From assembly GCF_009931435.1 (NCBI RefSeq), contig NZ_CP043414.1: 64,000 nt of DNA; one strand, 5' to 3'. The position numbers and the translations under genes are program-made. The DNA is from Escherichia coli (lineage in GTDB: Bacteria > Pseudomonadota > Gammaproteobacteria > Enterobacterales > Enterobacteriaceae). The notes under the pieces were generated by a model. The model saw nothing but the letters and a program-made list of their open reading frames with translations. It ran no database searches and was not told the origin of the DNA. How positions within the stretch are numbered: the first letter of the stretch is position 1; the number at the start of each line of letters is the position of its first letter. Positions 54,492 to 64,000 of the stretch are shown here, piece by piece.

Positions 54492-55388
54492 GTGAAACAG
54501 GATCTGGCACGCATCGAGCAGTTTCTTGATGCTCTGTGGCTGGAAAAAAATCTGGCTGAAAATACGTTGAACGCATACCGTCGCGATCTGTCAATGATGG
54601 TGGAGTGGTTGCATCACCGCGGGTTGACGCTGGCGACGGCGCAAAGTGACGATTTGCAGGCATTACTGGCAGAACGGCTGGAGGGTGGGTATAAAGCCAC
54701 CAGCTCAGCGCGTTTGCTGAGTGCAGTGCGCCGATTGTTCCAGTATCTTTATCGCGAAAAGTTTCGTGAAGACGATCCCAGCGCGCATCTCGCTTCGCCG
54801 AAATTGCCCCAGCGTTTGCCAAAAGATTTAAGCGAAGCGCAGGTCGAACGATTATTACAGGCACCATTAATTGATCAGCCACTGGAGCTGCGCGATAAAG
54901 CCATGCTTGAAGTGTTGTATGCTACCGGGCTGCGAGTCTCTGAACTGGTCGGGCTGACAATGAGTGATATCAGCCTGCGTCAGGGCGTAGTGCGGGTCAT
55001 TGGTAAAGGCAACAAAGAACGCCTTGTGCCGTTAGGTGAAGAGGCGGTTTACTGGCTGGAAACTTATCTGGAACACGGGCGACCGTGGTTGCTAAACGGT
55101 GTGTCAATTGACGTGTTGTTTCCCAGTCAGCGCGCGCAGCAGATGACGAGACAAACCTTCTGGCACCGCATTAAACATTATGCTGTGCTGGCGGGTATCG
55201 ACAGCGAAAAGCTGTCACCGCATGTGTTGCGTCACGCTTTTGCCACTCATTTATTAAATCATGGTGCGGATTTACGCGTGGTGCAGATGCTACTGGGCCA
55301 CAGCGATCTCTCCACCACGCAAATTTATACGCATGTCGCTACCGAGCGACTGCGGCAACTTCATCAACAGCATCACCCGCGGGCGTGA
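54492..55388 (+). CDS. xerD: site-specific tyrosine recombinase XerD
   Basis: 298 aa with a GTG start. It has the catalytic region HVLRHAFATHLL...TTQIYTHV. Confidence 0.96.
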   Translation: MKQDLARIEQFLDALWLEKNLAENTLNAYRRDLSMMVEWLHHRGLTLATAQSDDLQALLAERLEGGYKATSSARLLSAVRRLFQYLYREKFREDDPSAHLASPKLPQRLPKDLSEAQVERLLQAPLIDQPLELRDKAMLEVLYATGLRVSELVGLTMSDISLRQGVVRVIGKGNKERLVPLGEEAVYWLETYLEHGRPWLLNGVSIDVLFPSQRAQQMTRQTFWHRIKHYAVLAGIDSEKLSPHVLRHAFATHLLNHGADLRVVQMLLGHSDLSTTQIYTHVATERLRQLHQQHHPRA

Positions 55389-55412
55389 TGTCTGAAAAGA
55401 ACGGGAAGATTT

Positions 55413-56123
55413 ATGAAGAAAGGTTTTATGTTATTTACGTTGTTGGCGGCGTTTTCAGGCTTTGCTCAGGCGGATGACGCGGTAATTCAACAGACGTTAG
55501 CCAAAATGGGCATCAAAAGCAGCGATATTCAGCCTGCACCCGTGGCTGGCATGAAGACAGTTCTGACTAACAGCGGTGTGTTGTACATCACCGATGACGG
55601 TAAACATATCATTCAGGGGCCAATGTATGACGTTAGCGGAACGGCTCCGGTCAATGTCACCAATAAGATGCTGTTAAAGCAACTGAACGCGCTTGAAAAC
55701 GAGATGATCGTTTATAAAGCGCCGCAGGAAAAACACGTCATTACCGTGTTTACTGATATTACCTGTGGTTACTGCCACAAACTGCATGAGCAAATGGCAG
55801 ACTACAACGCGCTGGGGATCACCGTGCGTTATCTTGCTTTCCCTCGCCAGGGGCTGGAGAGCCAGGCTGAGCAACAAATGAAAGCCATCTGGTGTGCGAA
55901 AGATAAAAAGAAAGCGTTTGATGATGTGATGGCGGGTAAAGCTGCCACTCCGGCAAGTTGCGATATCGATATTGCCGATCATTACGCACTTGGCGTCCAG
56001 CTTGGCGTTAGTGGCACTCCGGCAATTGTGCTGAGCAATGGCACACTTGTTCCGGGTTACCAGCCGCCGAAAGAGATGAAAGAATTCCTCGACGAACACC
56101 AAAAAATGACCAGCGGTAAATAA
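55413..56123 (+). CDS. dsbC: periplasmic disulfide isomerase DsbC
   Basis: 236 aa with a signal peptide and the CGYC active site. Confidence 0.96.
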   Translation: MKKGFMLFTLLAAFSGFAQADDAVIQQTLAKMGIKSSDIQPAPVAGMKTVLTNSGVLYITDDGKHIIQGPMYDVSGTAPVNVTNKMLLKQLNALENEMIVYKAPQEKHVITVFTDITCGYCHKLHEQMADYNALGITVRYLAFPRQGLESQAEQQMKAIWCAKDKKKAFDDVMAGKAATPASCDIDIADHYALGVQLGVSGTPAIVLSNGTLVPGYQPPKEMKEFLDEHQKMTSGK

Positions 56124-56128
56124 TTCGC

Positions 56129-57862
56129 GTGAAACAACAGATACAACTTCGTCGCCGTGAAGTCGATGAAACGGCAGACTTGCCCGCTGAATTGCCTCCC
56201 TTGCTGCGCCGTTTATATGCCAGCCGGGGAGTACGCAGTGCGCAAGAACTGGAACGCAGTGTTAAAGGTATGCTGCCCTGGCAGCAACTGAGCGGCGTCG
56301 AAAAGGCCGTTGAGATCCTTTACAACGCTTTTCGCGAAGGAACGCGGATTATGGTGGTCGGTGACTTCGACGCCGACGGTGCCACCAGCACGGCTCTAAG
56401 CGTGCTGGCGATGCGCTCGCTTGGTTGCAGCAATATCGACTACCTGGTACCAAACCGTTTCGAAGACGGTTACGGCTTAAGCCCGGAAGTGGTCGATCAG
56501 GCCCATGCCCGTGGCGCGCAGTTAATTGTCACGGTGGATAACGGCATTTCCTCCCATACGGGGGTTGAACATGCTCGATCGTTGGGCATTCCGGTTATTG
56601 TTACCGATCACCATTTGCCGGGCGAAACATTACCCGCGGCGAAAGCGATCATTAACCCTAACTTGCGCGACTGCAATTTCCCGTCGAAATCACTGGCAGG
56701 CGTGGGGGTGGCGTTTTATCTGATGCTGGCGCTGCGCACCTTTTTGCGCGATCAGGGCTGGTTTGATGAGCGCGGCATCGCAATTCCTAACCTGGCAGAA
56801 CTGCTGGATCTGGTCGCGTTGGGGACAGTGGCGGACGTCGTGCCGCTGGATGCTAATAATCGCATTCTGACCTGGCAGGGGATGAGTCGCATCCGTGCCG
56901 GAAAGTGCCGTCCAGGGATTAAAGCGTTGCTGGAAGTGGCCAACCGCGATGCGCAAAAACTCGCCGCCAGCGATTTAGGTTTTGCGCTGGGGCCACGTCT
57001 CAATGCAGCCGGGAGACTGGATGATATGTCCGTTGGTGTGGCGCTGTTGCTGTGCGACAATATCGGCGAAGCGCGAGTACTGGCAAATGAACTCGATGCG
57101 CTAAACCAGACGCGAAAAGAGATCGAACAGGGAATGCAGGTTGAAGCCCTGACCCTGTGCGAGAAACTGGAGCGCAGCCGCGACACGCTACCCGGCGGGC
57201 TGGCAATGTATCACCCGGAATGGCATCAGGGCGTTGTCGGTATTCTGGCTTCGCGTATTAAAGAGCGTTTTCACCGTCCGGTTATCGCTTTTGCGCCTGC
57301 GGGTGACGGTACGCTGAAAGGTTCCGGTCGCTCCATTCAGGGGCTGCATATGCGTGATGCGCTGGAGCGGCTAGACACACTCTACCCCGGCATGATGCTG
57401 AAGTTTGGCGGTCATGCGATGGCGGCAGGCCTGTCGCTGGAAGAGGATAAATTCGAACTCTTTCAGCAACGGTTTGGCGAACTGGTTACTGAGTGGCTGG
57501 ACCCTTCGCTATTGCAAGGCGAAGTGGTGTCAGACGGTCCGCTAAGCCCAGCCGAAATGACCATGGAAGTGGCGCAGCTGCTGCGCGATGCTGGCCCGTG
57601 GGGGCAGATGTTCCCGGAGCCGCTGTTTGACGGTCATTTCCGTCTGCTGCAACAGCGGCTGGTGGGCGAGCGTCATTTGAAAGTCATGGTCGAACCGGTC
57701 GGCGGCGGTCCGCTGCTGGACGGTATTGCTTTTAATGTCGATACCGCCCTCTGGCCGGATAACGGCGTGCGCGAAGTGCAACTGGCTTACAAGCTGGATA
57801 TCAACGAGTTTCGCGGCAACCGCAGCCTGCAAATTATCATCGACAATATCTGGCCAATTTAG
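56129..57862 (+). CDS. recJ: single-strand DNA 5'-3' exonuclease RecJ
   Basis: 577 aa with a GTG start and the DHH-family motifs (VGDFDADG, VTDHH). Confidence 0.96.
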   Translation: MKQQIQLRRREVDETADLPAELPPLLRRLYASRGVRSAQELERSVKGMLPWQQLSGVEKAVEILYNAFREGTRIMVVGDFDADGATSTALSVLAMRSLGCSNIDYLVPNRFEDGYGLSPEVVDQAHARGAQLIVTVDNGISSHTGVEHARSLGIPVIVTDHHLPGETLPAAKAIINPNLRDCNFPSKSLAGVGVAFYLMLALRTFLRDQGWFDERGIAIPNLAELLDLVALGTVADVVPLDANNRILTWQGMSRIRAGKCRPGIKALLEVANRDAQKLAASDLGFALGPRLNAAGRLDDMSVGVALLLCDNIGEARVLANELDALNQTRKEIEQGMQVEALTLCEKLERSRDTLPGGLAMYHPEWHQGVVGILASRIKERFHRPVIAFAPAGDGTLKGSGRSIQGLHMRDALERLDTLYPGMMLKFGGHAMAAGLSLEEDKFELFQQRFGELVTEWLDPSLLQGEVVSDGPLSPAEMTMEVAQLLRDAGPWGQMFPEPLFDGHFRLLQQRLVGERHLKVMVEPVGGGPLLDGIAFNVDTALWPDNGVREVQLAYKLDINEFRGNRSLQIIIDNIWPI

Positions 57863-57952
57863 CGTCATATTATCTATAAAAAAGAGCGTGGATTGGGTAC
57901 AATCCCGCTCTTATCACCGCATTTTGACTAGCTCAATAAAAGAAATCAGACC

Positions 57953-59051
57953 ATGTTTGAAATTAATCCGGTAAATAATCGCATTCAGGACCTCACGGAA
58001 CGCTCCGACGTTCTTAGGGGGTATCTTTGACTATGACGCCAAGAAAGAGCGTCTGGAAGAAGTAAACGCCGAGCTGGAACAGCCGGATGTCTGGAACGAA
58101 CCCGAACGCGCACAGGCGCTGGGTAAAGAGCGTTCCTCCCTCGAAGCCGTTGTCGACACCCTCGACCAAATGAAACAGGGGCTGGAAGATGTTTCTGGTC
58201 TGCTGGAGCTGGCTGTAGAAGCTGACGACGAAGAAACCTTTAACGAAGCCGTTGCTGAACTCGACGCCCTGGAAGAAAAACTGGCGCAGCTTGAGTTCCG
58301 TCGTATGTTCTCTGGCGAATATGATAGCGCCGACTGCTACCTCGATATTCAGGCAGGTTCTGGCGGTACGGAAGCACAGGACTGGGCGAGCATGCTTGAG
58401 CGTATGTATCTGCGCTGGGCTGAATCGCGTGGTTTCAAAACTGAAATTATCGAAGAGTCGGAAGGTGAAGTGGCGGGTATTAAATCCGTGACTATCAAAA
58501 TCTCCGGCGATTACGCTTACGGCTGGCTGCGTACAGAAACTGGCGTTCACCGCCTGGTGCGTAAGAGCCCGTTTGACTCCGGCGGTCGTCGCCACACGTC
58601 GTTCAGCTCCGCGTTTGTTTACCCGGAAGTCGATGATGATATCGATATCGAAATCAATCCGGCGGATCTGCGCATCGACGTTTATCGCGCATCCGGCGCG
58701 GGTGGTCAGCACGTTAACCGTACCGAATCTGCGGTGCGTATTACTCACATCCCAACCGGGATCGTGACCCAGTGCCAGAACGACCGTTCCCAGCACAAGA
58801 ATAAAGACCAGGCCATGAAGCAGATGAAAGCGAAGCTTTATGAACTGGAGATGCAGAAGAAAAATGCCGAGAAACAGGCGATGGAAGATAACAAATCCGA
58901 CATCGGCTGGGGCAGCCAGATTCGTTCTTATGTCCTTGATGACTCCCGCATTAAAGATCTGCGCACCGGGGTAGAAACCCGCAACACGCAGGCCGTGCTG
59001 GACGGCAGCCTGGATCAATTTATCGAAGCAAGTTTGAAAGCAGGGTTATGA
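57953..59051 (+). CDS. prfB: peptide chain release factor 2, made by programmed +1 frameshift (57953-58027 joined to 58029-59051)
   Basis: ATG 57953 opens a 25-codon frame ending at in-frame TGA 58028-58030. The +1 frame (GAC TAT GAC GCC...) is continuous with the listed ORF 58170-59051, which carries the SPF and GGQ motifs. Confidence 0.95.
58016..58030 (+). promoter_or_regulatory. prfB autoregulatory +1 frameshift site
   Basis: AGGGGGTATCTTTGA combines an SD-like AGGGGG, the slippery CTT and the TGA stop in the canonical spacing. Confidence 0.95.
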
Positions 59052-59060
59052 GGAACCAAC

Positions 59061-60578
59061 ATGTCTGAACAACACGCACAGGGCGCTGACGCGGTAGTCG
59101 ATCTTAACAATGAACTGAAAACGCGTCGTGAGAAGCTGGCGAACCTGCGCGAGCAGGGGATTGCCTTCCCGAACGATTTCCGTCGCGATCATACCTCTGA
59201 CCAATTGCACGCAGAATTCGACGGTAAAGAGAACGAAGAACTGGAAGCGCTGAACATCGAAGTTGCCGTTGCTGGCCGCATGATGACCCGTCGTATTATG
59301 GGTAAAGCCTCCTTCGTTACTCTGCAGGACGTTGGCGGCCGCATTCAGCTGTACGTTGCCCGTGACGATTTACCGGAAGGCGTTTACAACGATCAATTCA
59401 AAAAATGGGATCTCGGCGATATCCTCGGCGCGAAAGGTAAACTGTTCAAAACCAAAACGGGTGAACTGTCTATCCACTGTACCGAGCTGCGTCTGCTGAC
59501 CAAAGCACTGCGTCCGCTGCCGGACAAATTCCACGGTTTGCAGGATCAGGAAGCGCGCTATCGTCAGCGTTATCTGGATCTCATTTCTAACGATGAATCC
59601 CGCAACACCTTTAAAGTGCGTTCGCAGATCCTCTCTGGCATTCGCCAGTTCATGGTGAATCGTGGCTTTATGGAAGTTGAAACGCCGATGATGCAGGTGA
59701 TCCCAGGCGGCGCGGCGGCGCGTCCGTTTATCACCCATCACAATGCGCTGGATCTCGACATGTACCTGCGTATCGCGCCGGAACTGTACCTCAAGCGTCT
59801 GGTGGTTGGTGGCTTCGAGCGTGTATTCGAAATCAACCGTAACTTCCGTAACGAAGGTATTTCCGTACGTCATAACCCAGAGTTCACCATGATGGAACTC
59901 TATATGGCTTACGCGGATTACAAAGATCTGATCGAGCTGACCGAATCGCTGTTCCGTACTCTGGCACAGGATATTCTCGGTAAGACGGAAGTGACCTACG
60001 GCGACGTGACGCTGGACTTCGGTAAACCGTTCGAAAAACTGACCATGCGTGAAGCGATCAAGAAATATCGCCCGGAAACCGACATGGCGGATCTGGACAA
60101 CTTCGACTCTGCGAAAGCGATTGCTGAATCTATCGGCATCCACGTTGAGAAGAGCTGGGGTCTGGGCCGTATCGTTACCGAGATCTTCGAAGAAGTGGCA
60201 GAAGCACATCTGATTCAGCCGACCTTCATTACTGAATATCCGGCAGAAGTTTCTCCGCTGGCGCGTCGTAATGACGTTAACCCGGAAATCACTGACCGCT
60301 TTGAGTTCTTCATTGGTGGTCGTGAAATCGGTAACGGTTTTAGCGAGCTGAATGACGCGGAAGATCAGGCGCAGCGCTTCCTGGATCAGGTTGCCGCGAA
60401 AGACGCAGGCGACGACGAAGCGATGTTCTACGACGAAGATTATGTCACCGCACTGGAACACGGCTTACCGCCGACAGCAGGTCTGGGAATTGGTATCGAC
60501 CGTATGGTAATGCTGTTCACCAACAGCCATACCATCCGCGACGTTATTCTGTTCCCGGCGATGCGTCCGGTGAAATAA
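59061..60578 (+). CDS. lysS: lysyl-tRNA synthetase (constitutive)
   Basis: 505 aa ([33 protein letters not shown]). Confidence 0.97.
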   Translation: MSEQHAQGADAVVDLNNELKTRREKLANLREQGIAFPNDFRRDHTSDQLHAEFDGKENEELEALNIEVAVAGRMMTRRIMGKASFVTLQDVGGRIQLYVARDDLPEGVYNDQFKKWDLGDILGAKGKLFKTKTGELSIHCTELRLLTKALRPLPDKFHGLQDQEARYRQRYLDLISNDESRNTFKVRSQILSGIRQFMVNRGFMEVETPMMQVIPGGAAARPFITHHNALDLDMYLRIAPELYLKRLVVGGFERVFEINRNFRNEGISVRHNPEFTMMELYMAYADYKDLIELTESLFRTLAQDILGKTEVTYGDVTLDFGKPFEKLTMREAIKKYRPETDMADLDNFDSAKAIAESIGIHVEKSWGLGRIVTEIFEEVAEAHLIQPTFITEYPAEVSPLARRNDVNPEITDRFEFFIGGREIGNGFSELNDAEDQAQRFLDQVAAKDAGDDEAMFYDEDYVTALEHGLPPTAGLGIGIDRMVMLFTNSHTIRDVILFPAMRPVK

Positions 60579-60596
60579 GCATTACGTTATGCTCAC

Positions 60597-60622
60597 AACC
60601 CCGGCAAATGTCGGGGTTTTTT
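60597..60622. terminator. bidirectional terminator between lysS and idi
   Basis: AACCCCG-gcaaatgt-CGGGGTT is followed by TTTT. The idi stop codon (60621-60623) lies in the T-tract. Confidence 0.8.
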
Positions 60623-61169
60623 ATTTAAGCTGGGTAAATGCAGATAATCGTTTTCTGGCTTCGCGATTTGTCGCCTGCATCACCATCCACGGACTGAACG
60701 CCCACGGCGTGGCATCAATACCGCGTAAAACCGCTGCTAAATCACACCATTGATAATCCATCACTTCATCATCGTTGATCTGTAACGCACTGGTCGTGCG
60801 TGCGGCAAATACCGGACATACTTCATTTTCTACAATGCCATTCGGATCGGTGGCGCGGTAGCGAAAGTCAGGATAGACCGGTTCTGGTGCTGTTATTTCC
60901 ACACCCAGTTCAAAGCGGCAACGGCGGATCACCGCGTATTCGTTGCTTTCGCCCAGTTGTGGGTGCCCACAAACCGAGTTAGTCCACACGCCCGGCCATG
61001 CTTTTTTGCTAAGGGCGCGGCGGGTAACTAATAATTGCCCTTTGGCATTAAACAGCCAGCAGGAGAACGCGAGATGTAAGAGAGTGTCTGCCGTGTGTGC
61101 GGCATACTTTTCCAGCGTACCCGTGGGAACTCCCTGTGCATTCAATAAAATGACGTGTTCCGTTTGCAT
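60621..61169 (-). CDS. idi: isopentenyl-diphosphate delta-isomerase (type 1, Nudix)
   Basis: 182 aa ([26 protein letters not shown]). Confidence 0.95.
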   Translation of the reverse strand: MQTEHVILLNAQGVPTGTLEKYAAHTADTLLHLAFSCWLFNAKGQLLVTRRALSKKAWPGVWTNSVCGHPQLGESNEYAVIRRCRFELGVEITAPEPVYPDFRYRATDPNGIVENEVCPVFAARTTSALQINDDEVMDYQWCDLAAVLRGIDATPWAFSPWMVMQATNREARKRLSAFTQLK

Positions 61170-61290
61170 AATTTCTCACATGTAATTCTAATCACTCATC
61201 ATTATAGATAATTGAAGAGTGAAATGATTAACCAAGTGAGCGTTTATCGACAACCGCCCGTTTTGAGCGGATGTCGACAGGTAAAACCAT

Positions 61291-61416
61291 TTAAAAAAGC
61301 AGCATCATATATTTGAAGCGACTTTCAATGGCCATTGCAACACAGTCAGAAATGACAGGAATAGAGAGAGTAAAAAGCAACAACAGACTGAATATAGCGC
61401 GCATTAAAAGATTCAT
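61291..61416 (-). CDS. 41-aa small hydrophobic protein immediately downstream of uacT (possibly yqfG)
   Basis: It translates as MNLLMRAIFSLLLLFTLSIPVISDCVAMAIESRFKYMMLLF. Its ATG is at 61416 and the uacT stop is at 61418-61420, leaving a 1-nt gap. It is below the ORF-track size cutoff. Confidence 0.5.
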   Translation of the reverse strand: MNLLMRAIFSLLLLFTLSIPVISDCVAMAIESRFKYMMLLF

Positions 61417-61417
61417 A

Positions 61418-62866
61418 TTATTCTCCATGCTCATTTTTCTTCAGCTTGCGCATCAGAAGCCACATACGTACTGTCCTGACTTTTAAATCTTTATCAGAGA
61501 CGGATTCCTTCACCAGATCAGCATGATGCTGATAGCCATTAAAGAAGACGTTCAGCACAACGGCGCTAAGGGTTGCGAGCATAATGCCGCTATGCAGCAA
61601 CGGTTGCAGTACGGCCGGTAACTTAGAAAAGAAATCGTGTGAGAGCGTCGGAGTCATGCCAACGCCGAGACTGATCGCCACAATATAGAGGTTGTAACGG
61701 TTAGTGGTGTAGTTACAGCGCGACAGAATTCGAATCCCCGTCGCCAGTACCATGCCGAACATCACCAGCCCTGCGCCGCCAAGCACAAATTGCGGAATCG
61801 AGGCTACCAGCACCGCCATTTTGGGCACCATGCCAAACATGATTAATATGATCCCCGAAGAAATACACACCCAGCGACTATGAACGCGAGTCACGCTAAC
61901 CAGGCCAACGTTTTGAGAAAATGACGTGTGGGGGAAGCTGTTAAACGTTCCGCCTATCATTGTCCCTACACCATCGACACGCAGCCCGCGAATAATATCG
62001 TGCGAAGAGAGTTTACGACCGACTATTTCACCCAGTGCCAGGAACATCCCCATCGACTCGATAAACACGATGATTAACACAGCGGTCATGGTTAGAATAG
62101 AAACGGGGTCAAATACCGGCATACCAAACGACATTGGGGTGACAATCGCAAACCACGAAGCATCATGTAGCCCGGACAAATTGACTTCATTCATCATCCA
62201 CGAAAGTAAAAAGCCAAATACAATCCCCAGTAATACGGCGACGTTGGACATAAATCCTTTCGCATAGCGAGTAATGAGCAAGATAAAAATTAAGACGGCA
62301 AAGGAGATACCTAAATAAACGGGATTACCATATTGCGGATTCCCTTTACCTCCAGCGGCCCAGTCAATACCGACCTGAATAATGCTAAGCCCGATAGAAG
62401 TAATAACCACACCGGTAACCAGTGGCGGGAATAAAGGCATTAAGCGACCGATAAGTGGTGCTAATAATGTGGTGATAAATCCCGCGGCGATAGTGGCACC
62501 AAATATCCCCAGCAGGCCGATATCCGGGTTCATGCCAATGGCTATCATTGGTGTTACAGCAGCAAAGGTTACCGACATAATCACCGGCAGACGGATCCCC
62601 ATAAAGCGGCCGATACCGATACATTGTAATAATGTGACGATCCCGCAGCAAAAGAGATCCGAGCTAATGAGCATCGCAATAGCTTCTTTTGAGAGGCCCA
62701 GTCGGTCACCAATCATAAGAGGAACAGCGACTGCACCTGCGTACATTACAAGGACGTGTTGCAGACCGAGTATGATCAGCTTTCCTGGTGATAATATGCG
62801 GTCAACCTCATCAGTTGGGCGGTCTTGCCCTGAAGATGAGGGAAGTTGGGAATCTATGGCGCTCAT
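61418..62866 (-). CDS. uacT: NCS2/NAT-family uric acid:H+ symporter
   Basis: 482 aa from ATG 62866 (MSAIDSQLPSSSGQDRPTDEV). It is a polytopic membrane protein. Confidence 0.9.
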   Translation of the reverse strand: MSAIDSQLPSSSGQDRPTDEVDRILSPGKLIILGLQHVLVMYAGAVAVPLMIGDRLGLSKEAIAMLISSDLFCCGIVTLLQCIGIGRFMGIRLPVIMSVTFAAVTPMIAIGMNPDIGLLGIFGATIAAGFITTLLAPLIGRLMPLFPPLVTGVVITSIGLSIIQVGIDWAAGGKGNPQYGNPVYLGISFAVLIFILLITRYAKGFMSNVAVLLGIVFGFLLSWMMNEVNLSGLHDASWFAIVTPMSFGMPVFDPVSILTMTAVLIIVFIESMGMFLALGEIVGRKLSSHDIIRGLRVDGVGTMIGGTFNSFPHTSFSQNVGLVSVTRVHSRWVCISSGIILIMFGMVPKMAVLVASIPQFVLGGAGLVMFGMVLATGIRILSRCNYTTNRYNLYIVAISLGVGMTPTLSHDFFSKLPAVLQPLLHSGIMLATLSAVVLNVFFNGYQHHADLVKESVSDKDLKVRTVRMWLLMRKLKKNEHGE

Positions 62867-63300
62867 CAGTGTTTCTCCTTTCGCCCGCCAGAGTAAAAAG
62901 CAACCGTTTACGTTCATGAAACTGTTTAAACACATGCTCGTGGAGTGCCAGTTTTTGCAAGGAAGGGGAGTTAGAGACAGGAATTGCGGAGGCAATCACA
63001 TAATCGTGATTAAACTACGAAAATGAGAAGAGAACCAGACAGTGGAATTATCTGCAATTTTCTCATATTGATATTTTATTAATCATTCTGGCATGTAGCT
63101 CTCTCGCATTTAATCAAGTTTATCTGGATAGCTCTCTTTTGGACCTTGATGTTGAAATAATGAAAGCGGCACAGATTGAGGGGTAATAATTTGAACTTAG
63201 TCACAAACTTATAATTAAAAAGTCATTCTACCTAATATATGCCCGTTTATTGCATCGCGAACTTTGAGAAGACATAACTCATTAAATGAAAGGGATGCAA

Positions 63301-64000
63301 ATGAATAAGTTTATCGCTGCTGAAGCTGCGGAATGTATAGGCTGTCATGCTTGTGAAATTGCCTGTGCGGTGGCACACAATCAAGAAAACTGGCCGCTGA
63401 GTCACAGTGACTTTCGACCGCGTATCCACGTTGTAGGGAAAGGCCAGGCTGCGAATCCGGTGGCCTGTCATCACTGCAACAATGCTCCTTGCGTTACGGC
63501 TTGTCCGGTTAATGCTCTGACTTTCCAGCCCGATAGCGTACAACTGGACGAGCAAAAATGTATTGGTTGTAAAAGATGCGCAATCGCTTGCCCCTTTGGC
63601 GTCGTTGAGATGGTCGATACGATTGCGCAGAAATGCGACCTTTGTAACCAGCGCAGTTCCGGCACGCAAGCCTGTATTGACGTATGCCCAACACAGGCGT
63701 TACGGCTGATGGACGATAAAGGGTTGCAGCAGATAAAGGTGGCCCGCCAGCGCAAAACGGCAGCAGGAAAAGCGTCATCAGACGCTCAGCCATCTCGCAG
63801 TGCAGCGTTGCTCCCCGTTAACTCGCGTAAAGGCGCAGATAAAATTTCAGCGAGTGAACGGAAAACCCACTTTGGCGAAATTTATTGCGGGCTGGATCCA
63901 CAACAAGCGACTTATGAGAGTGACCGCTGTGTTTATTGCGCCGAAAAAGCTAACTGCAACTGGCATTGCCCGCTGCATAACGCTATTCCGGATTACATCC
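63301..64000 (+). CDS. ygfT: Fe-S/pyridine-nucleotide oxidoreductase YgfT, 3' end beyond the window
   Basis: I translated the open frame from ATG 63301 to the window end (about 233 codons). It begins MNKFIAAEAAECIGCHACEIACAVAH and has several CxxCxxCxxxC ferredoxin motifs. It is absent from the ORF track because there is no stop in the window. Confidence 0.88.
   Translation, partial: MNKFIAAEAAECIGCHACEIACAVAHNQENWPLSHSDFRPRIHVVGKGQAANPVACHHCNNAPCVTACPVNALTFQPDSVQLDEQKCIGCKRCAIACPFGVVEMVDTIAQKCDLCNQRSSGTQACIDVCPTQALRLMDDKGLQQIKVARQRKTAAGKASSDAQPSRSAALLPVNSRKGADKISASERKTHFGEIYCGLDPQQATYESDRCVYCAEKANCNWHCPLHNAIPDYI

Noticed and set aside
63096-63139. Direct repeat TAGCTCTCT (63096-63104 and 63131-63139) in the uacT-ygfT divergent promoter region, and a TGGCAT motif nearby, checked as a possible sigma-54 promoter.
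   Set aside because: The 9-bp repeat alone is weak evidence for an operator. The TGGCAT is not followed by TTGC at the required N5 spacing, so it is not a -24/-12 promoter.

Overview
The window reads as Escherichia coli-type chromosome. It is colinear, in inverted orientation, with the K-12 segment loiP-tktA ... epd-pgk-fbaA ... scpABC-argP-rpiA-serA ... gcvTHP ... xerD-dsbC-recJ-prfB-lysS-idi-uacT-ygfT. About 60 protein genes are housekeeping genes I recognise from their translated sequences. Many ORF-track starts needed trimming to the real start codon.

Three blocks are not in my memory of the K-12 map and look like strain-specific accessory DNA:
- 1-7170: a sigma-54/LevR-type activator plus a mannose-family PTS, a SelA-like lyase and a KDPG-type aldolase (dgaR-dgaABCDEF-like), with a textbook -24/-12 promoter.
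- 10424-11707: an orphan SPFH/prohibitin-family membrane protein with a 3 x 33-bp in-frame repeat, next to a very AT-rich control region.
- 17034-20110: a five-gene minus-strand operon wedged between yggC and epd. It encodes a PPC/DUF296 protein, an ECF-type S component, a T component and two short ATPases, one with a degenerate signature motif.

Non-coding content absent from the ORF track:
- 6S RNA (ssrS).
- The ibsC/SibC type I toxin-antitoxin pair.
- The prfB +1 frameshift site.
- Two 126-bp ERIC/IRU copies (123/126 identical, inverted, 11.9 kb apart).
- Four REP/BIME clusters.
- A three-hairpin element between gcvH and gcvP.
- A 41-codon ORF abutting the uacT stop.

The least expected structural observation is that at three loci (after tktA, fbaA and gcvP) a locus-specific terminator stem-loop occurs twice, once on each side of a BIME-1 element.

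I found no CRISPR array, tRNA, rRNA, IS element, integrase or obvious multi-gene defence system. The best candidates for uncharacterised biology are the PPC-ECF operon and the orphan SPFH gene, and both remain hypotheses. All K-12 comparisons are from memory; no alignment or database search was run.
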